Positions 8,808 to 18,402 of a DNA stretch of 64,000 nucleotides are shown piece after piece. The stretch is from NCBI GenBank assembly GCA_965198235.1, contig OZ240248.1, positions 1,952,001 to 2,016,000 of the forward strand. Direction: 5' to 3'. The notes below the pieces were generated by a model, which was given only the letters and a program-made list of their open reading frames with translations, ran no database searches and was not told the DNA's origin. Position 1 is the stretch's first letter. Each line of letters begins with the position of its first letter. Made by a program: the position numbers and the translations under genes. Source of the stretch: Candidatus Poribacteria bacterium. GTDB lineage: Bacteria > Poribacteria > WGA-4E > WGA-3G.

Positions 8808-10895
8808 ATGAAAATAGGTCGGTTATCTGTTGGATATATTACGGTCTTTGTGATGCTGGTACTACATCTTCTGCCGGTCTGGGGTTTCAAGTATTTCCCA
8901 ACCCAGGATGGGGCAAGTCATATTTACAACTCCTATGTCGTGAAGGAGTACCATAAGCACGAAAACTACCGTCTGCGCGAAGTCTACGAACTGAACGCTA
9001 CTATTTTCCCGAACTGGACATCCCACGCGCTCTTGGTAGTACTACTGTACATCTTTCCCCCGCTCGTTTGTGAAAAGATAGTGCTTACGCTCTGTATCGG
9101 TCTCCTACCGCTCTCCCTCTTCTATTTCCTCAACAGCATCGCAAAGAGAAACGTGGTCTTTGGACTGCTTGGGTTTCTCTTCGCCTACAACTATCTGCTT
9201 CACATGGGGTTCTACAATTTTGTCCTTAGCATGGCCCTGTTTTTCTTCACGATGGGCTACTGGTGGAGAGTCAAGGATAAACTCCGATTGATAAACATCG
9301 TGGTCATATATGTATTGCTGTTGGTGACCTATCTCACCCACTACCACTCCTATGCGTTGCTTATCATGTCCCTGATGTTCTTTGCTGTTTTTTCATCGGT
9401 TTACGATGCACTGCGCGGAGTATGGGGCTATAAGGAAACATCAAAATCGCTCATGCACCGACTTAAGGACGGTATGGTGATGCTTAAACCTACACTGACT
9501 TTCCTCGGTGCGCTTGTACCTGCTTACTTCATCCTGTTCTCTTATTACTTCTACCTTTCCGATGCTCACGGGACAGACAGCAACCATAAAGGCTTGGAAT
9601 GGCTAAACGACTACTTCTTCGGCATGAAATCCTTAGTCTCTTTTCGGGATGACCATGTGCTCATTGGACGGGTGTTGCTGGTGTTTTTTGCCATTGCCTT
9701 CGTCGTCACAGTGATCAACAGAATCCGACAATGCTATCAATTCCGAGAATCAGAGGAATGGAAAGAGACTGGCGAACGGCTTTGGATGCGCATTGTGACG
9801 CAAATGGATGGGTTTCTGATCATGGCAATCTTTATCACTGCGATGTTTTTCATAGTCCCGTGGTCTGGCTACAGCGGAGGTTGGATAAACGACCGGTTTC
9901 ATCTGTACATATTCCTCGTGTTGCTTCCGTTCTTCGCCGTCAACCTGCATCGGTACGTAAACTATGGAGTGGCGGGAGTCATCATCGTCCTGTCCTTATG
10001 GCATCTCGGTTACAATATCCATACGTATGCCCTCCTCAATCGGGACATTACCAACGCGCTCACATCGGATGGCATGTACGAGAAGGATACGATCCTCACG
10101 AGTGAACCGGGGGAATGGGGCGGTTTTTCAGATTCGCTCGGTTTTGAACCTAAATACGTTGAACCCTTTGGGCATATTGAATGTCTGTTAGCAGTGAAAA
10201 TGGGGATCGGCTACCTCGACAACTACGAGGCGAATACGGATCATTTTCCGCTGCGTTACAAGCAAAAAGAACTTCCTGCCGATTTCGCCATCATCTGGCG
10301 GACAGAATATAGCGATGTCGCCGGTTTGGAGGAAGAATATGATCTCATCCATTCCAACGACTATAACCGGCTCTATCGCCGAAAGCGCGCAGCACCCGAT
10401 CCGCAAATGTGGGGTGGCGGAACTGTTGTCGCTTTTGACATGCAACCCGACGACGGACAGACGGCACTAGGACACATCGCTGTGTATGCGGATACAGCCT
10501 ACACCGATGGGAAATACGGCTGGTTGACGAAATCAGAGCGGGAAGACTTTAAAATCGGATCCGAAACTCCACAACCGTACAGGGACAGCATTTGGGGGAA
10601 GGAAGATGGGGTTTTCCGAGTCGCACTTCCCAACGGGGTATACGAAGTGACATGCTATTTCAGTGCGAGCGAATCTGAACCGTTAGAGATAAACCTTATC
10701 GCGAATGGTGAGAAGCAGATTCAGCGATTGCGGATCCCTGTCGGAAATGAGACGATTGAAAGGCGTTACAGTATCACGATCACCGATGAACTTTTGACTC
10801 AGGTGATATATACCCGTGGAAAAGGTAAACACAAAAGATGGGGTTGGAGTGGCTTTACCATTCAATCAACCGATGGTGAGCTGCGCCAAAATTGA
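8808..10895 (+). CDS. Polytopic membrane protein (GT-C-like architecture) with C-terminal galactose-binding/CBM-like domain
   Basis: About 11-13 hydrophobic helices; PTQDGASH motif after TM1; C-terminal FDM...YGW...FRVALPNGVYEVT jelly-roll pattern. Confidence 0.6.
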   Translation: MKIGRLSVGYITVFVMLVLHLLPVWGFKYFPTQDGASHIYNSYVVKEYHKHENYRLREVYELNATIFPNWTSHALLVVLLYIFPPLVCEKIVLTLCIGLLPLSLFYFLNSIAKRNVVFGLLGFLFAYNYLLHMGFYNFVLSMALFFFTMGYWWRVKDKLRLINIVVIYVLLLVTYLTHYHSYALLIMSLMFFAVFSSVYDALRGVWGYKETSKSLMHRLKDGMVMLKPTLTFLGALVPAYFILFSYYFYLSDAHGTDSNHKGLEWLNDYFFGMKSLVSFRDDHVLIGRVLLVFFAIAFVVTVINRIRQCYQFRESEEWKETGERLWMRIVTQMDGFLIMAIFITAMFFIVPWSGYSGGWINDRFHLYIFLVLLPFFAVNLHRYVNYGVAGVIIVLSLWHLGYNIHTYALLNRDITNALTSDGMYEKDTILTSEPGEWGGFSDSLGFEPKYVEPFGHIECLLAVKMGIGYLDNYEANTDHFPLRYKQKELPADFAIIWRTEYSDVAGLEEEYDLIHSNDYNRLYRRKRAAPDPQMWGGGTVVAFDMQPDDGQTALGHIAVYADTAYTDGKYGWLTKSEREDFKIGSETPQPYRDSIWGKEDGVFRVALPNGVYEVTCYFSASESEPLEINLIANGEKQIQRLRIPVGNETIERRYSITITDELLTQVIYTRGKGKHKRWGWSGFTIQSTDGELRQN

Positions 10896-10908
10896 ACGAG
10901 TAACGAAT

Positions 10909-11026
10909 TTATCTGTTTTCCCGCCAAGACCCCATGCTTTAGCTTGGCAGACGTAAGACCTTCTACGGAAGGCGGACTGCCTTGAAGCACAGGTTTCCCT
11001 AACCTTTAGGTTGTGGGTGCCTTGAC
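10909..11026. mobile_element. Miniature non-autonomous IS200/IS605 derivative (PATE-like)
   Basis: Starts TTATC and ends TTGAC; two end hairpins (GCCAAG...ATGCTTTAGCTTGGC; CCCTAACCTTTAGGTTGTGGG); shares AGTCCGCCTTC with 13165-13258 in inverted orientation. Confidence 0.65.
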
Positions 11027-11712
11027 TACCTCTCCAATACATCCAGACAAGATTTTAATCGACGGTCATGATTCACATATTGTTTTAGCCACTCCGCGAC
11101 TGTTTTGCCATCCGCGAGTTTAGCTTGCAAATCTGCGCCATGTTCTACGAGATACTGCATCGTTTCTACATGTCCATGACCGGCTGCGCAGTATAGGGGA
11201 AAGTGTCCGTGATCTGCTGTTGCATTGACATCTGCACCACTGCTGACTAACTGTTCTACAATTTCCAAGTCACCGTTTCGAGTCGCGTGGTGTAAAGCTG
11301 TATCGCCACGGGCGTAGTGCTCCTGCACTAACTTTGAGTTGTCACGTAGCATTGCGTTGACTCGCTGCACATTGGCTAAGAAAACAGCATATATAAACTG
11401 GCGCGCGACTTCGCTCGATGGTTTGGTATGCGCATCCAAGCCCCCATACGCAATGAGCAATGATACGACTTCCTTATTGTCTGGCACTTCCCCAGCATAG
11501 TGTATCGCATAGCCATCATGAGCTGCCAAATCAGCACCACAGTCTATTAGATATTTAACAACATCATAATGACGTCTTAATCCGGCATGAAATATAGGAC
11601 GCCATTCGTGTCTGTCGTCCTGGTTGACCGACCGAGGTTCCTGTTCAACGATTTTCTTGACTAAATCGAGGTTACCGTTTGCTGCCGCGTCATGAATTGA
11701 ACCGAGTTTCAT
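11026..11712 (-). CDS. Ankyrin repeat protein
   Basis: GDTALHHATRNGDLEIVEQLVSSGADVNA and GHFPLYCAAGHGH repeats. Confidence 0.93.
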   Translation of the reverse strand: MKLGSIHDAAANGNLDLVKKIVEQEPRSVNQDDRHEWRPIFHAGLRRHYDVVKYLIDCGADLAAHDGYAIHYAGEVPDNKEVVSLLIAYGGLDAHTKPSSEVARQFIYAVFLANVQRVNAMLRDNSKLVQEHYARGDTALHHATRNGDLEIVEQLVSSGADVNATADHGHFPLYCAAGHGHVETMQYLVEHGADLQAKLADGKTVAEWLKQYVNHDRRLKSCLDVLER

Positions 11713-11733
11713 GTCTATTCTCCATATGTTAGG

Positions 11734-11907
11734 TTACAAGTCGTGTGCTGCGACCTGATGTTTAGGGAAGCGAAAAACCATCCGCTGGTTGACCAGAAAC
11801 GTCCGATTCGCCCAACCTTCGTAGAGTGGTTCCCATGTTTCAATCGGCAACTGAGGGAAGTTTTCGGTAATCGCCGCGTGGTAGTTCTTCTCAGTCAGTT
11901 TGAGCAT
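11734..11907 (-). pseudogene. Truncated aminoglycoside phosphotransferase (APH) family gene, N-terminal 57 aa only
   Basis: MLKLTEKNYHAAITENFPQLPIETWEPLYEGWANRTFLVNQRMVFRFPKHQVAAHDL*; GW.N..F.VN..VFRFP is the APH N-lobe motif; GGAG RBS present. Confidence 0.7.
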
Positions 11908-12108
11908 ATTTCTCCATCATCAGTACCAACGCAATACGTTAGGTGGACGAGTAAATCGCGCCGGCGCGATTTTTCGACCTATTGGACCATGCAGGCATAT
12001 CGTCCTGTGAAAAATAGACCGGAATTAGTTCACAGTGTTAGACGCTACAATTTTCGTCCTATGTCATGCGAAGAAAAAAGCCAATAAAGATCAAGTTGCA
12101 TAGAAAAT

Positions 12109-12999
12109 TCAAGCACTATTTGTGAGGGCGCTCAACACAGATCCGAGTTGCTTCGTAAGGTATGGAGATTCCCGCCCCACTTTACTTACCGACTCCATCA
12201 ATGGGAAAGCAGCAGACTCGTGCCAGTCTCCGTTCCTGTCGTTCACCTGTCTCCCTATCATGATCCCCGGACCTCGAGTGAAACTCTTAAGTCGGTCAAT
12301 ACCTTCCTCAATGATGTCCTTGGGAAGGGGTTTTCCTCTTCGTCGGGACCACTCCACGAGGTAATGGAGGCCTCGCAGAATGTCATATTCAAAAAAGCGG
12401 GGAAAAACCGGCTTCAGCCATTCGGGATTTATAACACTCCCACCTTCCTTTGAACAAACCAACCGATGCTCAATGAGGTATCGCGCTCCATTATCGAGGA
12501 ATCTCTTCTCCGCATCCGTGTAGTCTCGATCTGTGAAGAACAACACGGCCTCCAGGGGTGGCAGACTTGATACGATCGAACTCTTACCTGACTTCAGATA
12601 GGCATCCGGCTCACAGTTTAGCCCTCCATCTGAAAACTGGTGCTTTAGGAACCACCTTCTGATCCACGGCAGGTCTGCCTCTGTATCGCATCCACAGGCC
12701 GAAAGGATCATATAGAACACGCCCAGTTCACAGTGACAGCAGTCCATTTTTTCCTTATCTGCTTCAGTCTGCGGAGCATCATGTTCGGTAATAACGAACT
12801 CCTGCCAGGCTCCATGCTTGAGCTGCCCCAACGCGCTGTCGACAGCTGACCGGGGAATCCGCGCGACCTCCCCCATTTCGTACAGAATAGCCAGCTGCCA
12901 CCACGGTCCGTCCCATTTCCTTCGGCTCCTGCGGTCCGGCACCGAGAATGCGCCTTCAGACGATATCACCTCAACTGCTGACTCGATTGCGTTGTCCAT
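12109..12999 (-). CDS. Hypothetical alpha/alpha-barrel protein (prenyltransferase/squalene-cyclase repeat-like)
   Basis: WFLKHQFSDGGLNC (QW-like) and FPRFFEYDILRGL motifs; AAGGAG RBS. Confidence 0.6.
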   Translation of the reverse strand: MDNAIESAVEVISSEGAFSVPDRRSRRKWDGPWWQLAILYEMGEVARIPRSAVDSALGQLKHGAWQEFVITEHDAPQTEADKEKMDCCHCELGVFYMILSACGCDTEADLPWIRRWFLKHQFSDGGLNCEPDAYLKSGKSSIVSSLPPLEAVLFFTDRDYTDAEKRFLDNGARYLIEHRLVCSKEGGSVINPEWLKPVFPRFFEYDILRGLHYLVEWSRRRGKPLPKDIIEEGIDRLKSFTRGPGIMIGRQVNDRNGDWHESAAFPLMESVSKVGRESPYLTKQLGSVLSALTNSA

Positions 13000-13164
13000 G
13001 TTGACTCCTTTATCAAAAAAGTCAGCGGCACAACACTGTTTGTCGTCCCTGATCCCATGTCACTTAAGGGAAACAAACCAGAAAGTAATGCACCGTTACG
13101 TGTCTTTTGCCTCTAAATATTCCCAAAAACCTTACGCGTATGATACCTGATTTTTACGCAAAAA

Positions 13165-13258
13165 TCAAGTCTTTTTCCCACGGGCTAAAGTCCGCCTTCT
13201 ACCTCTCCAGCTTAAGAGATTGGAGTTTTGCAGACACAGCTAAAGCTGACTTTGATAA
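13165..13258. mobile_element. Second miniature IS200/IS605 derivative, inverted relative to 10909-11026
   Basis: TCAA...CCCACGGGCTAAAGTCCG...CAGCTAAAGCTG...TTTGATAA with CTAAAG-loop hairpins. Confidence 0.55.
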
Positions 13259-13299
13259 CGTTTCGCCGGTGTGTGAACCCGTAAAGAGGGTTGCCGGAG

Positions 13300-13341
13300 G
13301 CCTAACATCAATGCGCCAAAACCGGGGACAAGGTGTTAGAC
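13300..13341 (-). other. Degenerate attC-like site
   Basis: Minus strand GTCTAAC...GTTAGGC (R''/R' boxes) just after the methyltransferase stop; only 42 bp, shorter than canonical attC. Confidence 0.35.
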
Positions 13342-13357
13342 GCTGCGGTTCTTTGCC

Positions 13358-14152
13358 CTATGCCAGCGGTTTTCCCCAAGTAATCCTTACTTCTAATTGG
13401 AAACTGAGGAAACCTTTATCATCAGCAAAGTCAGATAAAATATGCGATAGTTCAGTGTCAAATGCCCTGACATTTTCCTCTCTCATGTGTTCCTTGGACA
13501 TACTTTCTCTCGAATGAAAGGACTGAACATAGTCTGTAAGCGGTTGCGAGAAACTAACTGGCGTTGTGCGTTTATCTCCAATCAGGTGTAGGTGTCTTCT
13601 ATCCATGAGTTCTTGGATTAATTCAATCTGTTCATGGTGTCTATTAGTGGAATATTTGTGAATCAGTGAAAGTTCCGCGTCGTGCCAAGGTGATCCAATC
13701 GGACGGTCCCCATCGATGATTACGAGGTGCCCATCTGTCGTCAGCATTTCTTTGAATCTTGGAAAGACCACACTCCATTCCATCCAGTGGATACTGGCTC
13801 CAGCCGTTACCATGTCGTAAGGCGGATACAGATGCACCTCCTCGACACGTCCATTGATCCACCGGAGGTTTGGATGATTGCCGTTGATGAGCGACTTCCC
13901 CACTCGGATCATCTCCTGTGAGAAGTCAACCGCATCAACGCCGTCTATATGATCGACGAGTAACCGTGCTATTTTTCCGGGACCACATCCAACATCCAGA
14001 ATTTTCCCTCGCGATTCCGCCAGCAAATTGAGAAGTATCTGATATGTTTCCTCTGGATAGGGAGGTCGAAGTTCGTATGCTTCTGCCAAACTATGGTTCT
14101 TGAATCGGGACGCGTAATCGTCCCAGTATTGTCTCGGTCTCGTAGTTTTCAC
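13358..14152 (-). CDS. Class I SAM-dependent methyltransferase
   Basis: ILDVGCGPG, VDFSQEM, SIHW motifs. Confidence 0.92.
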   Translation of the reverse strand: MKTTRPRQYWDDYASRFKNHSLAEAYELRPPYPEETYQILLNLLAESRGKILDVGCGPGKIARLLVDHIDGVDAVDFSQEMIRVGKSLINGNHPNLRWINGRVEEVHLYPPYDMVTAGASIHWMEWSVVFPRFKEMLTTDGHLVIIDGDRPIGSPWHDAELSLIHKYSTNRHHEQIELIQELMDRRHLHLIGDKRTTPVSFSQPLTDYVQSFHSRESMSKEHMREENVRAFDTELSHILSDFADDKGFLSFQLEVRITWGKPLA

Positions 14153-15027
14153 GTTTTACTCCCAATCCTATCGGGTTGAAAATCGAATGCCAGTGCCTCT
14201 CCGATAGGGACGTAACCGATTCTGGAGTAGATGCTGTTAGAAGTTGGATTTGATAAATCGGTATATAGGCTACAAAATGAATAGCGATCCGTGAGCATCT
14301 TTTGTGTTAACGACCAAACGCACGAAGTCGCATATCCCTTATTGCGATGTTCTGGCGGCGTGTACACGGTATTGATCGTTGTGCCATTTCTCGTCGGACG
14401 CGCTTCTTTAGCGATGCAAACCGGCTCACTGTTGTCCCAAATGTACAGTTCCTGCCCATTGATGGATCGTTCAGCATGGTTTTTAGCACTGTCAAGATCG
14501 ACAGGTTCTCTTATCTCCTCCGAAAAATTGGCGATCCATTTCGCCATAAGGAGCTGATCATCTATACGCGCCAAACGTAGTTTTCCGGGTGAAAGGGATA
14601 TCTCCGCGACCTTTCTTGCTTCAAATACGCGCATTCGCATGGCGATTCTGGCTGATACGCCGAACGTCCCCTCGACCCAGCAATCAGAAAAGGCTTGGGC
14701 TTCTACTGCTGGTCCAACAACCCCAGGTGTTCGTGTGTTAGCTCCGCGTAAGTGGTTCACAAGGTGAGCTATAGCAACCAGGACCTCTGTGTCAATTCTG
14801 CTTAAAATGATTCTCTTAGGCGGGGTCATTATTGCGACACCTACTACTTTTTCGTGTTCCAGAATGCTCAGCAAGAGAGGCGACTTGGATCCATAATAGT
14901 GGGGACTCTCAGAGAGCTTATAAACGAGACCGATCGGTAAATTATTTTCGCTCTCATGCCGTTCCAAGTAAGCACCTGAAAGTGAAATAAGTTCGCTGGC
15001 ATGGCTGTGAGATCGTATTTCAATCAT
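14149..15027 (-). CDS. GNAT acetyltransferase (two-domain, FR47-like C-terminus)
   Basis: VYTPPEHRNKGYATSCV, LYTDLSNPTSNSIYSRIGY. Confidence 0.9.
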   Translation of the reverse strand: MIEIRSHSHASELISLSGAYLERHESENNLPIGLVYKLSESPHYYGSKSPLLLSILEHEKVVGVAIMTPPKRIILSRIDTEVLVAIAHLVNHLRGANTRTPGVVGPAVEAQAFSDCWVEGTFGVSARIAMRMRVFEARKVAEISLSPGKLRLARIDDQLLMAKWIANFSEEIREPVDLDSAKNHAERSINGQELYIWDNSEPVCIAKEARPTRNGTTINTVYTPPEHRNKGYATSCVWSLTQKMLTDRYSFCSLYTDLSNPTSNSIYSRIGYVPIGEALAFDFQPDRIGSKT

Positions 15028-15064
15028 CGTTTTCCCATTTCCTTTTTGGACTTAAGCAATTGAC

Positions 15065-15553
15065 TCAAATGGCACGAATCGGGTCTGAAAGAAAGGGTTT
15101 TTGAAAGATCTCTCTGGATCCTCCTTCCGGTCCTGGAGGTGCCTCTGCAAAAGGTTCAAAACCCATCTTCTTGTAGAATTGACGCGCTGGCTGACCTTCC
15201 GGATTATCCTCGCCGAATGTTGTAACAAATAATTCAGCAGGTGGTTTGATTAAATCAAATACATGCGCTAAGAGAACCGTGCCGATACCCATGCGACGCC
15301 GTTGCTCGTCCACGGATAGCCAGACAATATGGTATTCAGACGGTCTGAAGGACAGAAACAAGCCTCCCATCAAAGGTGCCCCAGCTGATCGATCTTGTTC
15401 TCGAACGCAGTAGGCACTCTCCCGATCTATGTTTTTGCGTAGTGCGTTCTGAAAAGCAGGCTGATCAACCATCGGTCCGAAGAGAAACTCGACCTGCGAT
15501 GCTAAATCAAGCCAACCCGGAATATCGGCGCGTGTAGCGATCTGGACCTTCAT
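15065..15553 (-). CDS. GNAT acetyltransferase
   Basis: LSVDEQRRRMGIGTVLL, ARQFYKKMGF. Confidence 0.9.
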   Translation of the reverse strand: MKVQIATRADIPGWLDLASQVEFLFGPMVDQPAFQNALRKNIDRESAYCVREQDRSAGAPLMGGLFLSFRPSEYHIVWLSVDEQRRRMGIGTVLLAHVFDLIKPPAELFVTTFGEDNPEGQPARQFYKKMGFEPFAEAPPGPEGGSREIFQKPFLSDPIRAI

Positions 15554-15617
15554 TGGGGCTTTTCCTTATTTTGAGGGTTTTGCATAAATAATGATACATG
15601 ATCGCGGTCTCCTAAAG

Positions 15618-16253
15618 TCAGTTGGACTGCACTACCGAGTGCTGGTTCGTTAGGCTCCGTCTCGCGATCACAATTCCAGCCATATCGCCTTCCAGTTCTC
15701 GATGGATTTGGAAGCCAGCACTAAGGAACATGTTAAGACGACCGTGGAAGTTTGAGTAGCTGTCGGTGGCTCGACGGTCTGGGTACGCCTCCACAGTCCG
15801 TAGGGCCCGTTTGGCGAGCAGATCGCACGCTGCCTTGAGCAGAAGGCTTGATAGTCCTGTACCCCGGAAGCGTTTGGTTACAACGAAGCACACAATGGAC
15901 CCAACGGATTCGTCGTCCGGACTCGCGAGAACGTCCATGGTCGCCAAGTGAGCAAGGGAACGCTTTTCGGCTGCGTGGCACCATCCAATCGGACGATTGT
16001 CGAGATAAGCAAGGATGCCTGTCGTTTCACTGCGTTGGATGAGTTCAGCCTTCCACTCACGGTTCGCTGCCGCAGTTCTCGAAGACCAATCCTCGCCATT
16101 GACACCGCCCCAATGGAAATAACAGCAATAGCACGAAGCGCCTTCGGGGTTGTCGGCGAACGCGCCTCGATCGAAGTAGTCAAAGAAGTCGTTGGCCCGA
16201 TCTGGTGTAAGCTCGCGGAGTTCAAGGTTCGCTAAGTCTATCTCATTTGGCAT
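15618..16253 (-). CDS. GNAT acetyltransferase (YoaP-like, Cys-containing)
   Basis: CYCCYF, CFVVTKRFRGTGLS, VEAYP, MFLSAGF. Confidence 0.88.
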   Translation of the reverse strand: MPNEIDLANLELRELTPDRANDFFDYFDRGAFADNPEGASCYCCYFHWGGVNGEDWSSRTAAANREWKAELIQRSETTGILAYLDNRPIGWCHAAEKRSLAHLATMDVLASPDDESVGSIVCFVVTKRFRGTGLSSLLLKAACDLLAKRALRTVEAYPDRRATDSYSNFHGRLNMFLSAGFQIHRELEGDMAGIVIARRSLTNQHSVVQSN

Positions 16254-16302
16254 CTCTTTTAATCCTTTCCAAAGTCGAATCGTTCCTTGTCCACATCTTA
16301 AT

Positions 16303-16974
16303 CTAACACAGCAGCTCGGGAAGGTCGCTTATCGAGTCTGCCCGTCCTAAAGGAGATGGGCAAGACCATTTCACATCTCGATCTTGATACCACGCTGCCT
16401 GAATCGCTCTCATACCGACAGATGCCGCACCCTGCAGCTCATCGTAACCACCATCCCCAACAAAGTACGCTTCAGAAGGTTGAACACACATGCGTGCACA
16501 AGCCAACTCGAATATTGCCCTATCGGGCTTCATTACGCGGACACTGCAAGAAAACACGACCGGGTCCACGAGATCTTGGAGCGGACAGAATCGCCAAGCG
16601 AGGACCTCTTCTGGTAAGGCATTACTGATAATTCCAACTTTCAGCCCACGCGCCCGGACTGCGCGCAACATTTCAAATATCTCAGGCTCGACATAACTCA
16701 AGACTTTTGATTTCCATGCCTCGTGCTCTTGGGCAGCCATGATAATATCATTTTTCGTGAGCGGTGATTTGACCGCTGTGCACAAATGGGTGAATCTCGC
16801 CAGACAATCAGGAAATCTTCCTCGCATTGCGGTGTCCTCGTTTTCCGCCCACCAAAGCGAAGATAGATCTTTGGTCGTGCCTAGTCGTTCGTGAAACGGA
16901 GCCCTTGTTTGGAAATCTTTTCGCGTTTTCTCGGTTATGAGCGTCTCGAATAAATCAAAAAAGACTACTTTCAA
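16303..16974 (-). CDS. HAD-superfamily hydrolase
   Basis: FFDLFETL, IISN, KPD..IF, FVGDGG.DE. Confidence 0.88.
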   Translation of the reverse strand: MKVVFFDLFETLITEKTRKDFQTRAPFHERLGTTKDLSSLWWAENEDTAMRGRFPDCLARFTHLCTAVKSPLTKNDIIMAAQEHEAWKSKVLSYVEPEIFEMLRAVRARGLKVGIISNALPEEVLAWRFCPLQDLVDPVVFSCSVRVMKPDRAIFELACARMCVQPSEAYFVGDGGYDELQGAASVGMRAIQAAWYQDRDVKWSCPSPLGRADSISDLPELLC

Positions 16975-17025
16975 ATTACTGCTCCTTCAGATTGTTAAAG
17001 GGGTGCGAAGTCCCGACAAAGCACA

Positions 17026-18090
17026 TTAGCCGAGAGCGTTCACCACAGCGTTGCCGACCTGTACGGTTGTGGCTTGACCACCAAGGTCCTGTGGGAGAGT
17101 TTTGCCTCCCTCGACCACCTTTAGTACAGCTGCATCTATCGTTTCCGCCGCTTCTACTTCACCGATAAAGCGCAACATCATCGAACCAGAGGTAATTGCC
17201 GCCAGCGGATTAGCGATGCCCATCCCCATGATGTCGGGGGCACTCCCGTGAACCGGTTCGAACATCGACGGGAATCGGCGTTGCGGGTCGATATTGCCGC
17301 TCGGAGCCAGCCCCATGCTTCCGGTGATAATTGCGCCGATGTCCGTGAGAATATCCCCAAACAGGTTGCTAGCGACCACCACATCAAAGTCCTCTGGTCT
17401 CCGCACGAAATCCATACATGCTGCGTCCACAAGCAACGATTCCGTCTGTATGTCGGGATACTTTGCAGCCACTCGCTCGAAGGCTGTATCCCATACAATC
17501 ATGCCGTAGCCTTGCGCGTTCGACTTGGTGACCGAAGTGACTTTGCGTTTCTTATCTCGTGCCCGGGCTTGCTCGAAAGCATAAGTGATAATGCGCTCAC
17601 AGCCGTGGCGAGTAAATACGCCAACCTGCACACCGACCTCTTCGGGAAACCCTTGGTACTGGAACCCACCTACGTTGGCATACTCCCCTTCTGTGTTCTC
17701 TCGTATCACCACTAAATCAATATCCCAAGCCTCTTTATCCTTGAGCGGTGTGTTAATGCCGGGATAGAGAATACTTGGTCGCTCACAGACGTACTGATCG
17801 AATCTACGTCGGATAGGCAGCAAAAGCCCATTGAGCGTAAGATGGTCTTGGATGTCAGGGTGTCCGACTGCGCCAAGGTAAATCTGGTCGAACGCCGCCA
17901 GGGTATCAAGGGCATCTGCTGGCATCATGTGCCCATGCTTGAAATAGTAGTCTGAACCCCAGGGAAACTCCACAAAGTCCCATTTGATGTCATACCTGTC
18001 GGCGATAGCATTGAGGACCTTGAGACCTTCCTCCATCACCTCAATCCCAATTCCGTCTCCTCGAATTACCGCAATCTTGTATTTAGCCAT
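17026..18090 (-). CDS. Tartrate/D-malate dehydrogenase (isocitrate/isopropylmalate dehydrogenase family)
   Basis: GDGIGIEV, IRENTEGEY, SVTKSNA, SNLFGDILTD, FEPVHGSAPDI. Confidence 0.88.
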   Translation of the reverse strand: MAKYKIAVIRGDGIGIEVMEEGLKVLNAIADRYDIKWDFVEFPWGSDYYFKHGHMMPADALDTLAAFDQIYLGAVGHPDIQDHLTLNGLLLPIRRRFDQYVCERPSILYPGINTPLKDKEAWDIDLVVIRENTEGEYANVGGFQYQGFPEEVGVQVGVFTRHGCERIITYAFEQARARDKKRKVTSVTKSNAQGYGMIVWDTAFERVAAKYPDIQTESLLVDAACMDFVRRPEDFDVVVASNLFGDILTDIGAIITGSMGLAPSGNIDPQRRFPSMFEPVHGSAPDIMGMGIANPLAAITSGSMMLRFIGEVEAAETIDAAVLKVVEGGKTLPQDLGGQATTVQVGNAVVNALG

Positions 18091-18221
18091 ATTTTTCCTT
18101 TTAAGATTCCTAACCTATGCTTAAACAATATCTTAACCGAATTCCCTCCATTATTCAACCCATAAAACTCCGACCTTAGAGCCATTCAGTTTTCGGTTTT
18201 CTGATTGTTTTGTGCAGAGTA

Positions 18222-18286
18222 TCGCAACCTGGAGGGCGCTCCTACAGCGAAGTCCGCAGTGTCGCGATCAGGAAATCGCTTCTACA
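18222..18286 (-). repeat. Two tandem GTAG-family REP units (40-bp period)
   Basis: Minus strand TGTAGAAGCGATTTCCTGATCGCGA and TGTAGGAGCGCCCTCCAGGTTGCGA. Confidence 0.65.
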
Positions 18287-18402
18287 GGAGAACTGAGTGA
18301 CTCTGTTACTTTAGGAGTTGCACAAAATGAAAGTTTATGCTATGCTCTAATGCAAAGAAGGAAATCAGAACTATCTTTGACGCTTAAGCAAAGGAGAAAT
18401 CG

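Noticed and set aside
11743-12087. 114-aa plus-strand ORF
   Set aside because: Antisense to the APH fragment, which has family motifs and an RBS
13107-13517. 136-aa plus-strand ORF
   Set aside because: Reads through a miniature IS element, the attC-like site and the antisense of a methyltransferase
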